Source: Candidatus Omnitrophota bacterium
Lineage (GTDB): Bacteria; Omnitrophota; Omnitrophia; Omnitrophales; Aquincolibacteriaceae
NCBI GenBank assembly: GCA_030698625.1
Contig: JAUYMS010000011.1
Coordinates: forward strand, 4,373 to 68,372
Reading direction: 5' to 3'
Length of the DNA: 64,000 bases
Of this stretch, positions 1 through 11,200 are shown one piece after another; position 1 is the stretch's first letter, and every line of letters begins with the position of its first letter. The position numbers and the translations under genes are program-made. The notes under the pieces are model-generated. The model was not told the origin of the DNA. It saw nothing but the letters and a program-made list of their open reading frames with translations, and searched no databases.

Positions 1-193
1 CGATCAGGTGCTTCATACTAAAGAGGAGCCGTCGGCTCAGTGTCACCTGCAAAACAAGCATGATCAGGCAGCATTGCCTCTAACAGAACCAGAGTTTTAC
101 CTTACACCAAAACAGGTTTCTCCCCGATACAGCAGCCCCCGGGAATGCGCGATCATACAGCTGGAAGTAAAGGCGTATAAAAGGGAGCGAAAT

Positions 194-487
194 ATGGCGG
201 CAAAGGGCATCCTGTTCGAAGGCATTGAAAAACGGGCGGAAGCTTCGCGTCAATCGCTAAGCAGCTTCCGGTTTAAAAACACCGAAGATGCTCTTACATA
301 CGGAAAAGCCATCCGGCAGCGCCCTGACGAAATCACCGCACTTGAGCAGGAACGCGATATTCTCTCTCGGGAATGCACGCATTTAAGCCTCCAGGAAATA
401 ATGGTCGCATTGACTAAAAAACAGCTCTTGAATGAAGCCCTTGAAGAGGCCCGCAATATCCCCGGCCCCCCCTGGCCCGCAAAATAA
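194..487 (+). CDS. Hypothetical helical protein (~97 aa)
   Basis: ATG at 194 preceded by AAGGGAG SD within ORF 8..487; no recognisable family. Confidence 0.45.
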   Translation: MAAKGILFEGIEKRAEASRQSLSSFRFKNTEDALTYGKAIRQRPDEITALEQERDILSRECTHLSLQEIMVALTKKQLLNEALEEARNIPGPPWPAK

Positions 488-769
488 TTCTCTCCGAAGG
501 GCTTTAGGGGTCCGCATAAAAATCACGTAAGAAGGACGCTCGTTTTGAGAATTTCCGGCTTTCTTGACCGGGCCTCAAGCGCCTGGAGGATTCTGAAAGC
601 CGAGTTGCTTCACCCTGCCTGTTCAAAGATTCTTTCACTCAAACAGGTAGTCACGCACGGCTCCAGCTGCTGCCGCAATGCGTCCATCATTCCGTCTTTT
701 GCGGACATGGTGGTAACGCAGCAGAAAGCCGCGAACCGTTTTTTCGATGCGGGATTCAAGCTTGCGGCT

Positions 770-1130
770 CAAAATTCTTCATAGCCTGCAAGCACAATTT
801 TCATGGTCTGCAAAGAAGGCTCTGCCTGCTCGAAGCGTTCTTCCAAAGGGAGGCTCAAATCGAAAACCCGGGAACAATTCTGCAGGCGGCCGCACTCATG
901 GAGGACAAGCATCGTCCTCAGGCTTTTTTCACATTTTGAACAGTTCCCCAGGACTCAGATTGGCCAGGCAGACGCGCAGGTGTTTCTGAAAGAATGCTCA
1001 TAAGCATGGGCATGCTTTTGAACCAGTACCCGCTTAACGGCATCCTCCATGACAAGCCGGTGCTCCCTGTGAGCGGCGCAGGCACAATAAAAGCGCAGCC
1101 ATAGGCCTCCGGCGAGGCGCTCAACTCTTC
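770..1130 (-). pseudogene. Frameshifted remnant of a protein with an LRVC...NCxxCEKxLRTM motif (QueC-like/Cys-cluster hypothetical family)
   Basis: Minus-strand reading KHLRVCLANLSPG, then a +1 shift in a G run, then NCSKCEKSLRTMLVL; stops in all frames. Confidence 0.4.
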
Positions 1131-1310
1131 ATCGGGGGATTCAAACTAGATCTGCTCAAGTATTGAGGGCCTTCGGAAATTCATAATCGAATTCAAACTT
1201 GGCCGCCCTATAAATTCCGCATAAAATCAAAGTGGGCCTGCAGTCTCTGCTGCAGGCCCGCGGGCCTTTGCTAAATTCCGCCATTCATCGTTCAGACGGC
1301 AATGAACAGG

Positions 1311-1499
1311 TTAGTCGACCACACTTTCGACCGAATCTTTTGTGTCTTCGGCTGCATCAGAAATATTATCTTTTGCATCGTCATACAAGTCTTCTATCTT
1401 ATCGCCGGCACTATCGTTATTGGTCATTGCTTCAATCGATGCAATGCCTGCAATCGCCACGACCAGTATTACTACAATCCAGATTCCAATATTTTTCAT
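1311..1499 (-). CDS. Small membrane-anchored acidic LEA/CsbD-like stress protein
   Basis: N-terminal hydrophobic helix, then D/E/K-rich amphipathic repeats (DKIEDLYDDAKDNISDAAEDTKD); GGGGGG SD upstream. Confidence 0.6.
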   Translation of the reverse strand: MKNIGIWIVVILVVAIAGIASIEAMTNNDSAGDKIEDLYDDAKDNISDAAEDTKDSVESVVD

Positions 1500-1517
1500 T
1501 ATGTCCCCCCTTTATGA

Positions 1518-1546
1518 CCCGGGCCGGCTTATAGCCGGTCCCGGGC
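1518..1546 (-). terminator. GC-rich hairpin between the 1592..2716 and 1311..1499 genes
   Basis: cccggg-ccggct-tat-agccgg-t-cccggg inverted repeat; no clear U-tract. Confidence 0.3.
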
Positions 1547-1591
1547 GTTCTTACTTCCTGTCACTGCGGCATGTGCCGGCTTTCACCGGCA

Positions 1592-2716
1592 TCAGGAACC
1601 GACTTTTCCGACAGAGTCATAGTAACCACTGCGGAAGGTATCAAAGGAGTTCTTAATTTCTCCTCTCATATCCTTCCACTCCCCTTCACCGGCATTTTTG
1701 ACTTGCTGGAGCTTCTGTTCCACATCCTGCAGATTACCTTCTAAATCATTGATGCTTTGCTGAAGCTCATTTTTGACCTCGGGCTTCTGATCGGCACGGA
1801 TCTCATCCCCTGCCTTCTTCAGTTCTGCGATGTCGTAACGCATTTCATCCAGCTCGTCTTCGGTCTCCCATTCATAAGCTCTCTTTTCACTCAGAAACTG
1901 ATCCACAGCCTTGTTGATTGAGCTATGGACATCATCAAGTGAACCGGCGAGCTCAGACTTGGCCTCGCTCCACGCAGAGCTGAGTTTCCGCTGCTGCTGC
2001 AGCTGTTGTTGCTCAGTTGCGTCCGCCTGCGCACGGCCCTGTTCTACTTCATAAGGCTCGAGTTTCTGCAGATTCTGAAGATCCTGCTTAGCCTGAGCAA
2101 GCTGAGGTTCAATCTCATGCAGCATCTGAGTCCGTTCAGCAGGCGATTGTTCTCCACTCGCTTCTCCCGGAGCTTCACTGCCTACTATTGTTGGAGCATC
2201 CGCCTCCTGACGGAGTGTGGATAAACGGCTTTCCGCACGTGTAATCCGGTTGTCGGCATATTCTTCATAGGCTTCCGGATTTGTTCTTATGTCACTGCGG
2301 AACTCGTACCACGCCGCCTGAATCCTGTTTACCGCCTGGCCGAAAAAGCCCGGCTGCTGAGCGTCAGAACCTTCAACATTCCGTTCTCCGCCCTGTCCCT
2401 TTCTGGCTGTTGCTTCAAGAGATTTTGCGAACCATGCCTGCTGCCGTTCGGCATCCACCCGGACTTCATCGCCCACATTCAAATTGTCGAGCGAGTCGAA
2501 TCCTTTACGATCGGCATCGGATTGCAGATACAGTTTTACTTCTCTGGGCATATTTGCTAATTTTTCATGCGCCTGAACCGTAAGACTGTTACCTGCCTTG
2601 TCGATTTTTGTAATCTTACCCGTCACCGCCTGTGACTGTGCCATGGCAGGGCCGTACAACATCACCATGCCAGCCGTCAAAAGCGCCATACTCTTCATTA
2701 TTGTATTCATCTTCAT
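1592..2716 (-). CDS. Secreted protein: signal peptide, OB-like beta domain, two coiled-coil (sll1863-like) stress repeats
   Basis: Sec signal ending AMA-Q; VTGKITKID..GDEVRV beta domain; helical repeats ending AWSEAK and EWKDMR; GGAGG SD. Confidence 0.65.
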   Translation of the reverse strand: MKMNTIMKSMALLTAGMVMLYGPAMAQSQAVTGKITKIDKAGNSLTVQAHEKLANMPREVKLYLQSDADRKGFDSLDNLNVGDEVRVDAERQQAWFAKSLEATARKGQGGERNVEGSDAQQPGFFGQAVNRIQAAWYEFRSDIRTNPEAYEEYADNRITRAESRLSTLRQEADAPTIVGSEAPGEASGEQSPAERTQMLHEIEPQLAQAKQDLQNLQKLEPYEVEQGRAQADATEQQQLQQQRKLSSAWSEAKSELAGSLDDVHSSINKAVDQFLSEKRAYEWETEDELDEMRYDIAELKKAGDEIRADQKPEVKNELQQSINDLEGNLQDVEQKLQQVKNAGEGEWKDMRGEIKNSFDTFRSGYYDSVGKVGS

Positions 2717-2873
2717 TCCTCCGTTAATTGCTGTTTAAGTTAGGTCTTGAGTTATGGTCCTTATTCTACAAGACGGCGGCGAAATGAGAATCCGACATTG
2801 GAGATTTTACGGTAGGAAAAGTCAGTGATGCGTTGTAAGGAATTCCCGCGAGGGAGATATAACGGTGGCCGAT

Positions 2874-3551
2874 TTATTCGTTTTGCACCCAGTTCATGGC
2901 GAGCCGGATTAATTCCATATTGTTTTTCAGGTTCAACTTAACCTTGATGCGGGCGCGATAGGTTTCGATCGTTTTGACGCTGCGGTGGAGTTGTTTGGCA
3001 ATCGAAGAGGTAGCAGTACCTTCCCCTATCATTCTGAATACTTCGAGTTCGCGGTCGCTCAACACCTCGATCGGCGATGCGTCCACCGAAATCCCGCCGT
3101 ACTTTTTTTCAAGCACTCTTTCCATCATAGTCTCGCTTAGATAAATCTGTCCTTTCAGGACGTGGCGGATGGCGAATATGATTTTTTTCGGAACCTCCTG
3201 TTTCATGATGTAGCCCCGCGCACCTTCCCGAAGCGCGCGCTCCGCGTACAATGTCTCATCATGCATGGAAAGAACCAAAGCTTTAACGCCAGGCTGGTGC
3301 ATTTGGAGGGCTTTCAAAAACTCGAACCCGCTTGATCCGCTTAATGAAATATCCACCAGAATAACGTGGGGTTTGCCTTTTGTCACTCCGTCCAGCGCAT
3401 CCTGATAATTGTCGGCTTCCCCGCAAACGACAAAGTCTGTTTCGTGCTGGATCATTTCGCTGATGCCCTGGCGCACGACCGGATGATCGTCCAGAAGGAA
3501 TATGCGGGTTTTTTCAGTTATCGAAGGCGTTTGCTTTCCTTTTTTATTCAT
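2874..3551 (-). CDS. NarL/FixJ (LuxR-family) DNA-binding response regulator
   Basis: Receiver LLDDHPVVRQG..LVDISL..LSMH..GYIMK; HTH LSDRELEVFRMIGEG..SVKTIETYRARIKVKL. Confidence 0.95.
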   Translation of the reverse strand: MNKKGKQTPSITEKTRIFLLDDHPVVRQGISEMIQHETDFVVCGEADNYQDALDGVTKGKPHVILVDISLSGSSGFEFLKALQMHQPGVKALVLSMHDETLYAERALREGARGYIMKQEVPKKIIFAIRHVLKGQIYLSETMMERVLEKKYGGISVDASPIEVLSDRELEVFRMIGEGTATSSIAKQLHRSVKTIETYRARIKVKLNLKNNMELIRLAMNWVQNE

Positions 3552-4045
3552 CTTTTCCCAGCTACCGGCTTCGAACTCTTAAGCGTTACCGTCCCCATCG
3601 CGACCTCCTGGACTCCATCGACATTTTTCCCATTGTGGAAGTGACATTAAAACCTAACTTTCACTTCCGGCCCCCGTCAACGGTTTGCTGTGTTGCTTTG
3701 TAAGGACTCTCAGAAGTGCATTCTATAGGAAAAAGGATTATACCATATCGGGCACCTGTTCATTTCGGCGTAGAAAATCCCCCTGGAATTATCTTCTTTT
3801 GAGATTACCCGCAATTTGTGTCACAAAAGGATGCCAGAGCCCCGGATTATCGTGGACCATTTTGGGGAGAAGACAACACCAACTGTAAATCGCAGGAAGA
3901 CTTGCTCGCTATTTTTTTGCGTTATTGCGGGAACAGCTGAAACTAAAAGGGACCAAAGCTACATCCCTCCCTCGTCGGGAAGCGGATGCGGGGAATGATA
4001 AACTTGAAAAGGTTTTTGCGCGACCAACAAAACACCGCGTCTCGT

Positions 4046-4477
4046 TCATGTTCCGCTAGAGTTGGGAGAAAAACGCTCCTCGTTTTCCTTCCCCGGTTGA
4101 TGGTGAAAAATTCCCGCCATCATCCATTCATTATTAGCGGCGTATTTCATCCACTGCTTTTGTGAAAATAAATATCGGCCAAGCCATGCCACGAGGCAGG
4201 CATCCACGAGAAACAATCCCGCCACGGCCGCCGTTTTATGGGGAACTGATATATAGACAAGAACATGCAGGAGGATAACCGTCAGCATGCTGATACCCGT
4301 GAACATCAGCAGCCCGTATACCGCGAGACCAGCCTGCCGGACCGTTTCTACGGATTTAAGATAGAAGCGGGCCATTTCAATCCTGGCCAGTTCAACGGAG
4401 TTGTTCTTGTAGAAGCGCCACGCACCGTAAAACGCTTCTCCAATGTTTTTAAATGAACTTCCATTATCCCGTGACAT
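4046..4477 (-). CDS. YqjE/holin-X-like two-TM membrane protein
   Basis: ELARIE helix followed by two TMs; directly downstream of a DUF883 gene, as in yqjD-yqjE. Confidence 0.55.
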   Translation of the reverse strand: MSRDNGSSFKNIGEAFYGAWRFYKNNSVELARIEMARFYLKSVETVRQAGLAVYGLLMFTGISMLTVILLHVLVYISVPHKTAAVAGLFLVDACLVAWLGRYLFSQKQWMKYAANNEWMMAGIFHHQPGKENEERFSPNSSGT

Positions 4478-4507
4478 TGACGAATCCCTTTGCTTGCCGC
4501 AGACTTT

Positions 4508-4855
4508 TTACTTTTTCCGTGAAGAAAAACGGTACCCCAAAACGAACGCCGCAACCGCAACACCGCCCAGAAAGGGCCAGGGGTTTTCATGAACTGAGCG
4601 GTCCACTTCCTCACCTTTCTCGTGAGCAAAACGGCCTATTTTTTCTTGCCCCTCATGCAATGCATCTTCTGTGCGGTTTTTGAGGTTGGCTGCGCTCTTT
4701 CTCACATTGCCACTCGCATCGTTAAATAAATGCCGCAGTTCATCGTACTGACCCTCCATCCTATCATAAAGCTCTTCACGCTTGTCACGTGCGGCTTCAT
4801 TGAGCAATTCAAGAGCTTCATGAATTTTATCCGGCCGGTGGTTATTCTTCCTCAT
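4508..4855 (-). CDS. DUF883 (ElaB/YqjD/YgaM) family tail-anchored protein
   Basis: C-terminal VHENPWPFLGGVAVAAFVLG motif with a basic tail; AGGAGG SD. Confidence 0.85.
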   Translation of the reverse strand: MRKNNHRPDKIHEALELLNEAARDKREELYDRMEGQYDELRHLFNDASGNVRKSAANLKNRTEDALHEGQEKIGRFAHEKGEEVDRSVHENPWPFLGGVAVAAFVLGYRFSSRKK

Positions 4856-5212
4856 GGCACAAACCTCCTTCGTTACCTGTTGTTTTTAAACTCGTATCTG
4901 CATAACATACTAAAAAATAAACGGGGTTTGATCTATCGGGGACTGGATTAAAGAAACCAAGGTTTACCCCACAGTACCGGCCTCACCCTGTACGGGATTC
5001 CCCGCAAAGCCCCGATAGGTTCTTCCGGGCACTAAGCTAAAGTCTGTCAAGGAGAATTGAAACCGGCTGAAGCCAATAGTATAAAAGTGATGGGAAATGT
5101 GTCACCATGGGGTATATCCCTTATAGATAAGCCCTTGCAAACGCTTTAAAATGTCCTGTAGTTTAGCGTTTCTATTTAACTTTTATCCGCACAGCGTGGA
5201 TTACGGTCGCTT

Positions 5213-8200
5213 ATGGCTCAATTTGTCACTTCATCGCGCGCGGAAAAAATCTGGAAGATTCCGTTTTTCGAGTCCGTCGCAAAAAAGCCTGAGGAGCCCA
5301 TTCGGGCGGAACTTTTCAGCATTGAACGTCTGGAGCAGCACGGTGAAAGCCTTGCCTCCTCGCACAGCATTACGCACAAGCAGCCGTGGGGGCGCACGAT
5401 TTTAGGACGCGTCAAGGAAAATGGCCGCATCTTAAGCGGCGCCTACCGCCACATCACACAAACGATCCGCGAGGACCGCACGATTACCCCGGCCGCGGAA
5501 TGGCTGGCTGATAATTTTCATATTGTCGAAGAACAAATTCTGGAAATCATTGACGATCTTCCGCCTGCTTTTTACCGGAAACTCCCAAAACTCACAGAAG
5601 GCTTTTTAAAAGGTTACCCGCGTGTTTACGGCGTAGCATGGGCTTTGGTCGCCCATACGGACAGCCGCTTTGATCCGGATTGGCTCAGACGTTTTGTCCG
5701 GGCTTATCAACGGATCAATCCCTTGCTGATCGGTGAGATTTGGGCCTTAACGATCAGTCTTCGAATCATTCTGGTTGAAAATCTCAGACGGCTGGTGGAA
5801 CAGCTCGCCCTGAGCCGGACGGGACAGCTTAAGGCCGATCATCTGGCGGATTCTTTGCTGGGTCTTCGGGGACTGACTCCAGCGGCCGCCGAAAAGACGC
5901 TCCGTTCTTTTGGATCCCGCCCTTTGGAAAAATCGTTCGCGGTCCAGTTGGTACTTCGCCTTCGCGATCAAGGTGAAAACGTCGCCCCCGTCCTGCAATG
6001 GCTTGAAGAATGTCTGGAATCGCAAGGTACAAGCGCCGAGCATCTTGTCCGCCAGGAACATCAAGAGCAGACAGCTATGAACACCTCGGTCCGCAATGTG
6101 ATTACAAGTATGCGGTTAATTTCCGCTTTGGATTGGACCCGTTTCTTCGAGGATGTTTCAGTTGCTGATGAAATTCTCCGCGCTTCAAGTCGCTTTGAGA
6201 CCATGGATTTTGCCACGCGCGATCTTTACCGCCACGCGATTGAAGAGCTGGCCCTTGGTTCGGGGCTTTCCGAGATTGACGTCACAAAACAGGCCATCCT
6301 CGCCGCTGAAAACGCGCAAGCCGTTATAAGGAAACCCAAGACGCCCGCCTCCGTGATTGAAATAGAACGGGAAAGTGACCCCGGCTATTACCTGATTTCA
6401 AAAGGGCGTCTGGAATTTGAAAAGCAAATCCGCTGCCGCGTTTCTTTACAGCGCCGCTTTTTCCGATTCTATGTTGCCCGCGCCACAGAGGCCTACCTGG
6501 GAACGGTAACGCTCACGGCCGCAGGACTCCTTTCCATTCCCCTCTATTACAGCTGTTTACACGGGATGAGCCTTACAGCCTTCATCGCCTTCGCGGTTGC
6601 CGGCTTTTTTCCCGCTTCGGATTTGGCGGTGGCCCTTGTGAACCAATTTGTCACAAAAACGATGGGGCCCCGGTCTTTGCCGAAGCTCGATTTTTCCAAG
6701 GGAATACCGGCACCTTTCCGAACTCTGGTTGTCATACCCACCATGCTTAGCAGTCCGCACGCCATTCAGGAAAATATGGACCGTCTGGAAATTCATTATT
6801 TAAGCAACCCGGAAGGTTATTTACAGTTCGCGCTTTTGACCGATTGGACGGATGCGCCCGAAGAACATCTCTCGGAAGATACAGCGCTCCTTGCCGCCGC
6901 AACTGAGGGCATCCGTAAATTAAATGACCGTTACGGCCCGGGTCCGGGAAAAAGTCTCCGCTTTTTTCTTTTCCACAGGCGCCGCCTTTGGAACGCCGCC
7001 GACGGCGTCTGGATGGGTTGGGAACGTAAACGGGGTAAACTACACGAACTAAACCGCCTGCTTCGCGGCGATGCTCAGACTTCTTTCCTGTTGAATTCTT
7101 CTGAGCTCGCAGCAGTCCCGAAAAAAATCTGTTACGTGATCACACTGGACGCGGATACGCGAATGTCTTACGGGACCGCGTACCGCTTGGCAGGCGCCAT
7201 GGCTCACCCGCTGAACCGGCCCTTTATTGATCCGGAATCGCGGCGGGTGACGGCGGGCTATGGGATTATGCAGCCCCGGATCACGCCCACGTTGCCTATC
7301 ACCGGCGAGGGGTCTTTGTATCAATGGATTTTCTCAGGCCCCATCGGTATTGATCCTTACGCGTTCGCGGTCTCGGATGTTTATCAGGATCTTTTCCAGG
7401 AAGGCTCTTATATAGGTAAAGGCATTTATGATCTTGATGCTTTTGAAGCTTCGTTGGCAGGACGGGTACCGGAAAATCGCATCCTCAGCCATGATCTCTT
7501 CGAAGGTTTACACGCGCGCGCGGCACTGGCCACCGACATTGAACTTTTTGAAGAATTTCCTTCTCACTACGAAGTCGCGGTATCCCGGACTCACCGCTGG
7601 GTACGGGGCGACTGGCAGCTTCTTCCCTGGATCGCAGGCCGTCCTTCCGCCGCCGGCGGGCACAAATCAAAAGCGCTTCCTTTCATCGGGCGATGGAAAA
7701 TGGCAGACAATTTGCGCCGCTCGCTGTCGGCGCCGGCACTACTCTTAACCTTGTTTTTTGCCTGGAGTTTTCGTTCCGCTCCTGCCGCAGTCTGGATGCT
7801 TTTTATTCTCGCCGTCATTGCTCTGGCGCCCCTTCAGCCTTTTTGGGGCCAGTTGATGGCGCGCCACAAACAAATCCCCCTGCGCCGCCATCTGCGGGCC
7901 GCCGCAGGCGATTTCTACCTGGCCCTCTCCCATATCTTTCTGACTGGCGTTTTTCTCGTCCATCAAGCCTCGCTGATGACGGACGCGATTGCACGGACGA
8001 TTTACAGGCTCTTCATCAGCCGCCGAAAAATGCTGGAATGGACCAGCGATGCACAATCCCAAGTCCATGCGGATTACAACTTAAGCGGATTTTATAAACG
8101 GATGGCGGCAGCCCCCCTGGTGGCCGTGATGGCGCCGCTTCTTCTGCTGACTTTTCACACCTCAAACCGCCTCTGGATGATGCTTCCGTTTGCCGTTCTG

Positions 8201-11200
8201 TGGGCGCTTTCCCCCTGGATCGCGCGTCAGATCAGTCTTCCCATCCGTGACGCAGGCCGCGGCGCCGAGGCTCTGAGCCCGACGGCCCGTCAGTCTTTAC
8301 GGCTGATTGCGCGCAAAACCTGGCAGTTCTTTGAAACATTCGTGGATGAATCTCATCACTTTCTTCCCCCGGATAATTTTCAGGAAGTTCCTGAACCTGT
8401 GACCGCGCACCGCACTTCGCCCACCAACATCGGACTTTATTTACTTTCCGTCAGCGCCGCCCGGGATTTTGGCTGGATTGGCCTTTCCGAAACAGTCGAG
8501 AGACTTGAAAATTCTTTAAAGACTCTAAAGGAATTAAAAAAATACCGCGGTCATCTTTATAACTGGTATGACACTCACACACTTGAACCTTTGAATCCTC
8601 TTTATGTGTCCTCGGTTGACAGCGGAAACCTCGCGGGACATTTATGGACCCTCGCCGGCACCTGCCGCCAGTTGGGGCAGACGCCTTTGATGACAAACAA
8701 TATTCTGAGCGGCCTTGCCGATATCTTCACTTTTATTCAGGAAGACGCTTCAAACATCAGGGGCACCCAACGTACTGAAACCGTGACTCAAGTGCAGTTG
8801 GAGGAAACACTCGCTGCGATCCGACTCTGTCTTCGAGGGGTGCCGGAATCTCACGCACAGTGGAGCGCTCATTTTTCAGAACTCAAAAAAGAATCTGACA
8901 CACTGTCCGATATCGCAAGAGCTTTGGATGACGGAGCACTGCTCAAATCTTCCGATCGTTTCGCACGACAGATTCACAGTCATGCGAAAGATTTTGAGGA
9001 ACTGATCCCGGACCAGGGCAAACCCGAATGTCTCACGCTGGCTGAAATTCCGGCTTTAGCCGCTTCAGCCTTGCATCATCTTGCCTCAGACCCCCAGGCC
9101 GCTTTCAGCATTCCGCTGATAAAGCAAAAAGAACGGTTGGAAGTCTTTCTCAAAAAAGCAAACGCGCTGCTATCGCGGTTTTCCGCTCTCGAGCATTCCT
9201 GTGAACAGCTTGTAAACAGCATGGAATTCGGTTTTTTATTTGATCCTGTGAAGAAGATCTTTTCGATCGGTTTTCAAGTCATGGAGCATAAGCTGGATTC
9301 GGGTTATTACGATCTGCTTACCTCTGAGGCACGCCTTGCCAGTTTTGTCGCCATTGCCAAAGGGGATATTCCCGTTTTGCATTGGTTTCGCCTCGCCCGT
9401 TCTTTAATTTCCCTGAATCACAAGCTGGCGCTGGTGTCCTGGTCCGGATCCATGTTTGAGTACTTGATGCCTTTTCTCGTGATGCAATCCCCCTCCGGAA
9501 GTCTTTTGGATCAAACTTGCCGGCGTGTTGTTCAGCGTCAAATTGATTACGGGGCCGAACGCGCGGTTCCCTGGGGCATTTCAGAGTCGGCTTACAACGT
9601 TCAGAATCTTCAGCATTCGTATCAGTATTCCAACTTTGGCGTTCCAGGTCTTGGCCTTAAGCGGGGCCTTTCGGAAGATTTGGTCATTGCGCCCTACGCG
9701 ACCGCCCTTGCCGCGATGATTAATCCAGCGGCGGCCATTCAGAATTTCCGGCATTTGGCGCAGCTGAATGCCGAAGGGTACTACGGCTTTTATGAATCGC
9801 TGGATTTCACGCCCGAACGTCTTCCGGAAAAGCAAAAAGTGGTCGTTGTCCGGGCCTATATGGCGCACCATCAGGGAATGATTCTCGTATCGCTCGCGAA
9901 TGTTCTTCATGAGGGAATTTTCAGAACCCGCTTTCATGGCGAACCCATGGTTCAAGCCTGTGATCTTCTTTTGCAGGAACGGACTCCGCGCGCCGTGACA
10001 GTCGTGAGGGTACGGCCCAATGAAGTTCCCCGGGAAGTTCGCCAGCCTGTGCCCCTGGTCTTGCGCCGTTTTGATTCCCCGCATGAAGCGGTTCCCCGAA
10101 CCCAGCTTCTTTCCAATGGACGCTACAGCGTCATGATCACCACGGCGGGTTCTGGCGCCTCACGCTGGCGGGACATCGCCCTCACACGCTGGCGCGAAGA
10201 TACCACGCGCGACGCGTCAGGAACTTATATATTTTTGCGCGATGTGGAAAGCGGCGCGGTTTGGTCAGCCGGGTATCAGCCCACCGGTCTGGAGCCCGCA
10301 ACTTACCAGGCGGATTTCTCGGAAGACCGCGCTGAGATCATCCGCAAAGACGGTGCGCTTGAAACCACGCTTGAAGTGATCGTTTCTCCCGAGGATGACG
10401 CTGAGCTTCGGCGCGTAACTTTAAAAAATACCGGTACTTATACCCGCCTGATCGATGTCACCTCTTACGCGGAAATCGTACTTGCCCCGCAAGCCGCCGA
10501 TTTGGCACACCCTGCTTTTTCTAATTTGTTTATTCATACGGAATTCATCCCCGAGGTCAACGGTCTTATTTGTCACCGCCGGGCGCGCGCGCCCGATGAT
10601 TTAATTCCGTGGGCGGGACATGTCCTTGTGGTCGAAGGCAAAACGATTGGAGCTGTTCAATACGAATCCAACCGCACACGTTTCGTGGGACGGGGGCGAA
10701 GTCTTCGTAACCCTGTTTCCGTCCTCGATGGAAAACCGTTATCCGACAACGCCGGGGCGGTACTTGATCCTATTGTCAGTCTACGCTGCCGCGTCCCCGT
10801 GCCGCCGGGCGAAACGGTCCACATGACTTTTACAACTCTCGTTTCCGCGTCGCGGGAAGAAACCATGGCGCTCGCGGACAAATACCATGACCCCGCCATG
10901 TTTGAACGCGCGCTGACACTCGCCTGGACGCACGCGCATATTCAACAGCATCATTTGGCCATGGAACCGAGCGAAGCGCATCTCTTTCAAAATCTTGCCA
11001 GCCGAATCTTTTACGCCCATAACGGAATGCGGCCCTCACCGGATATTCTAAAACTCAATACCCGGGGGCCTTCCGCGTTATGGACTCACGGCATTTCCGG
11101 TGATCTTCCCATTGTTCTTGTGAGACTGAACGAAGAAGATGTCTCCGGCATTGTCCGCGATATTTTACGGGCACACGAATATTGGAGAATGAAAAATCTC

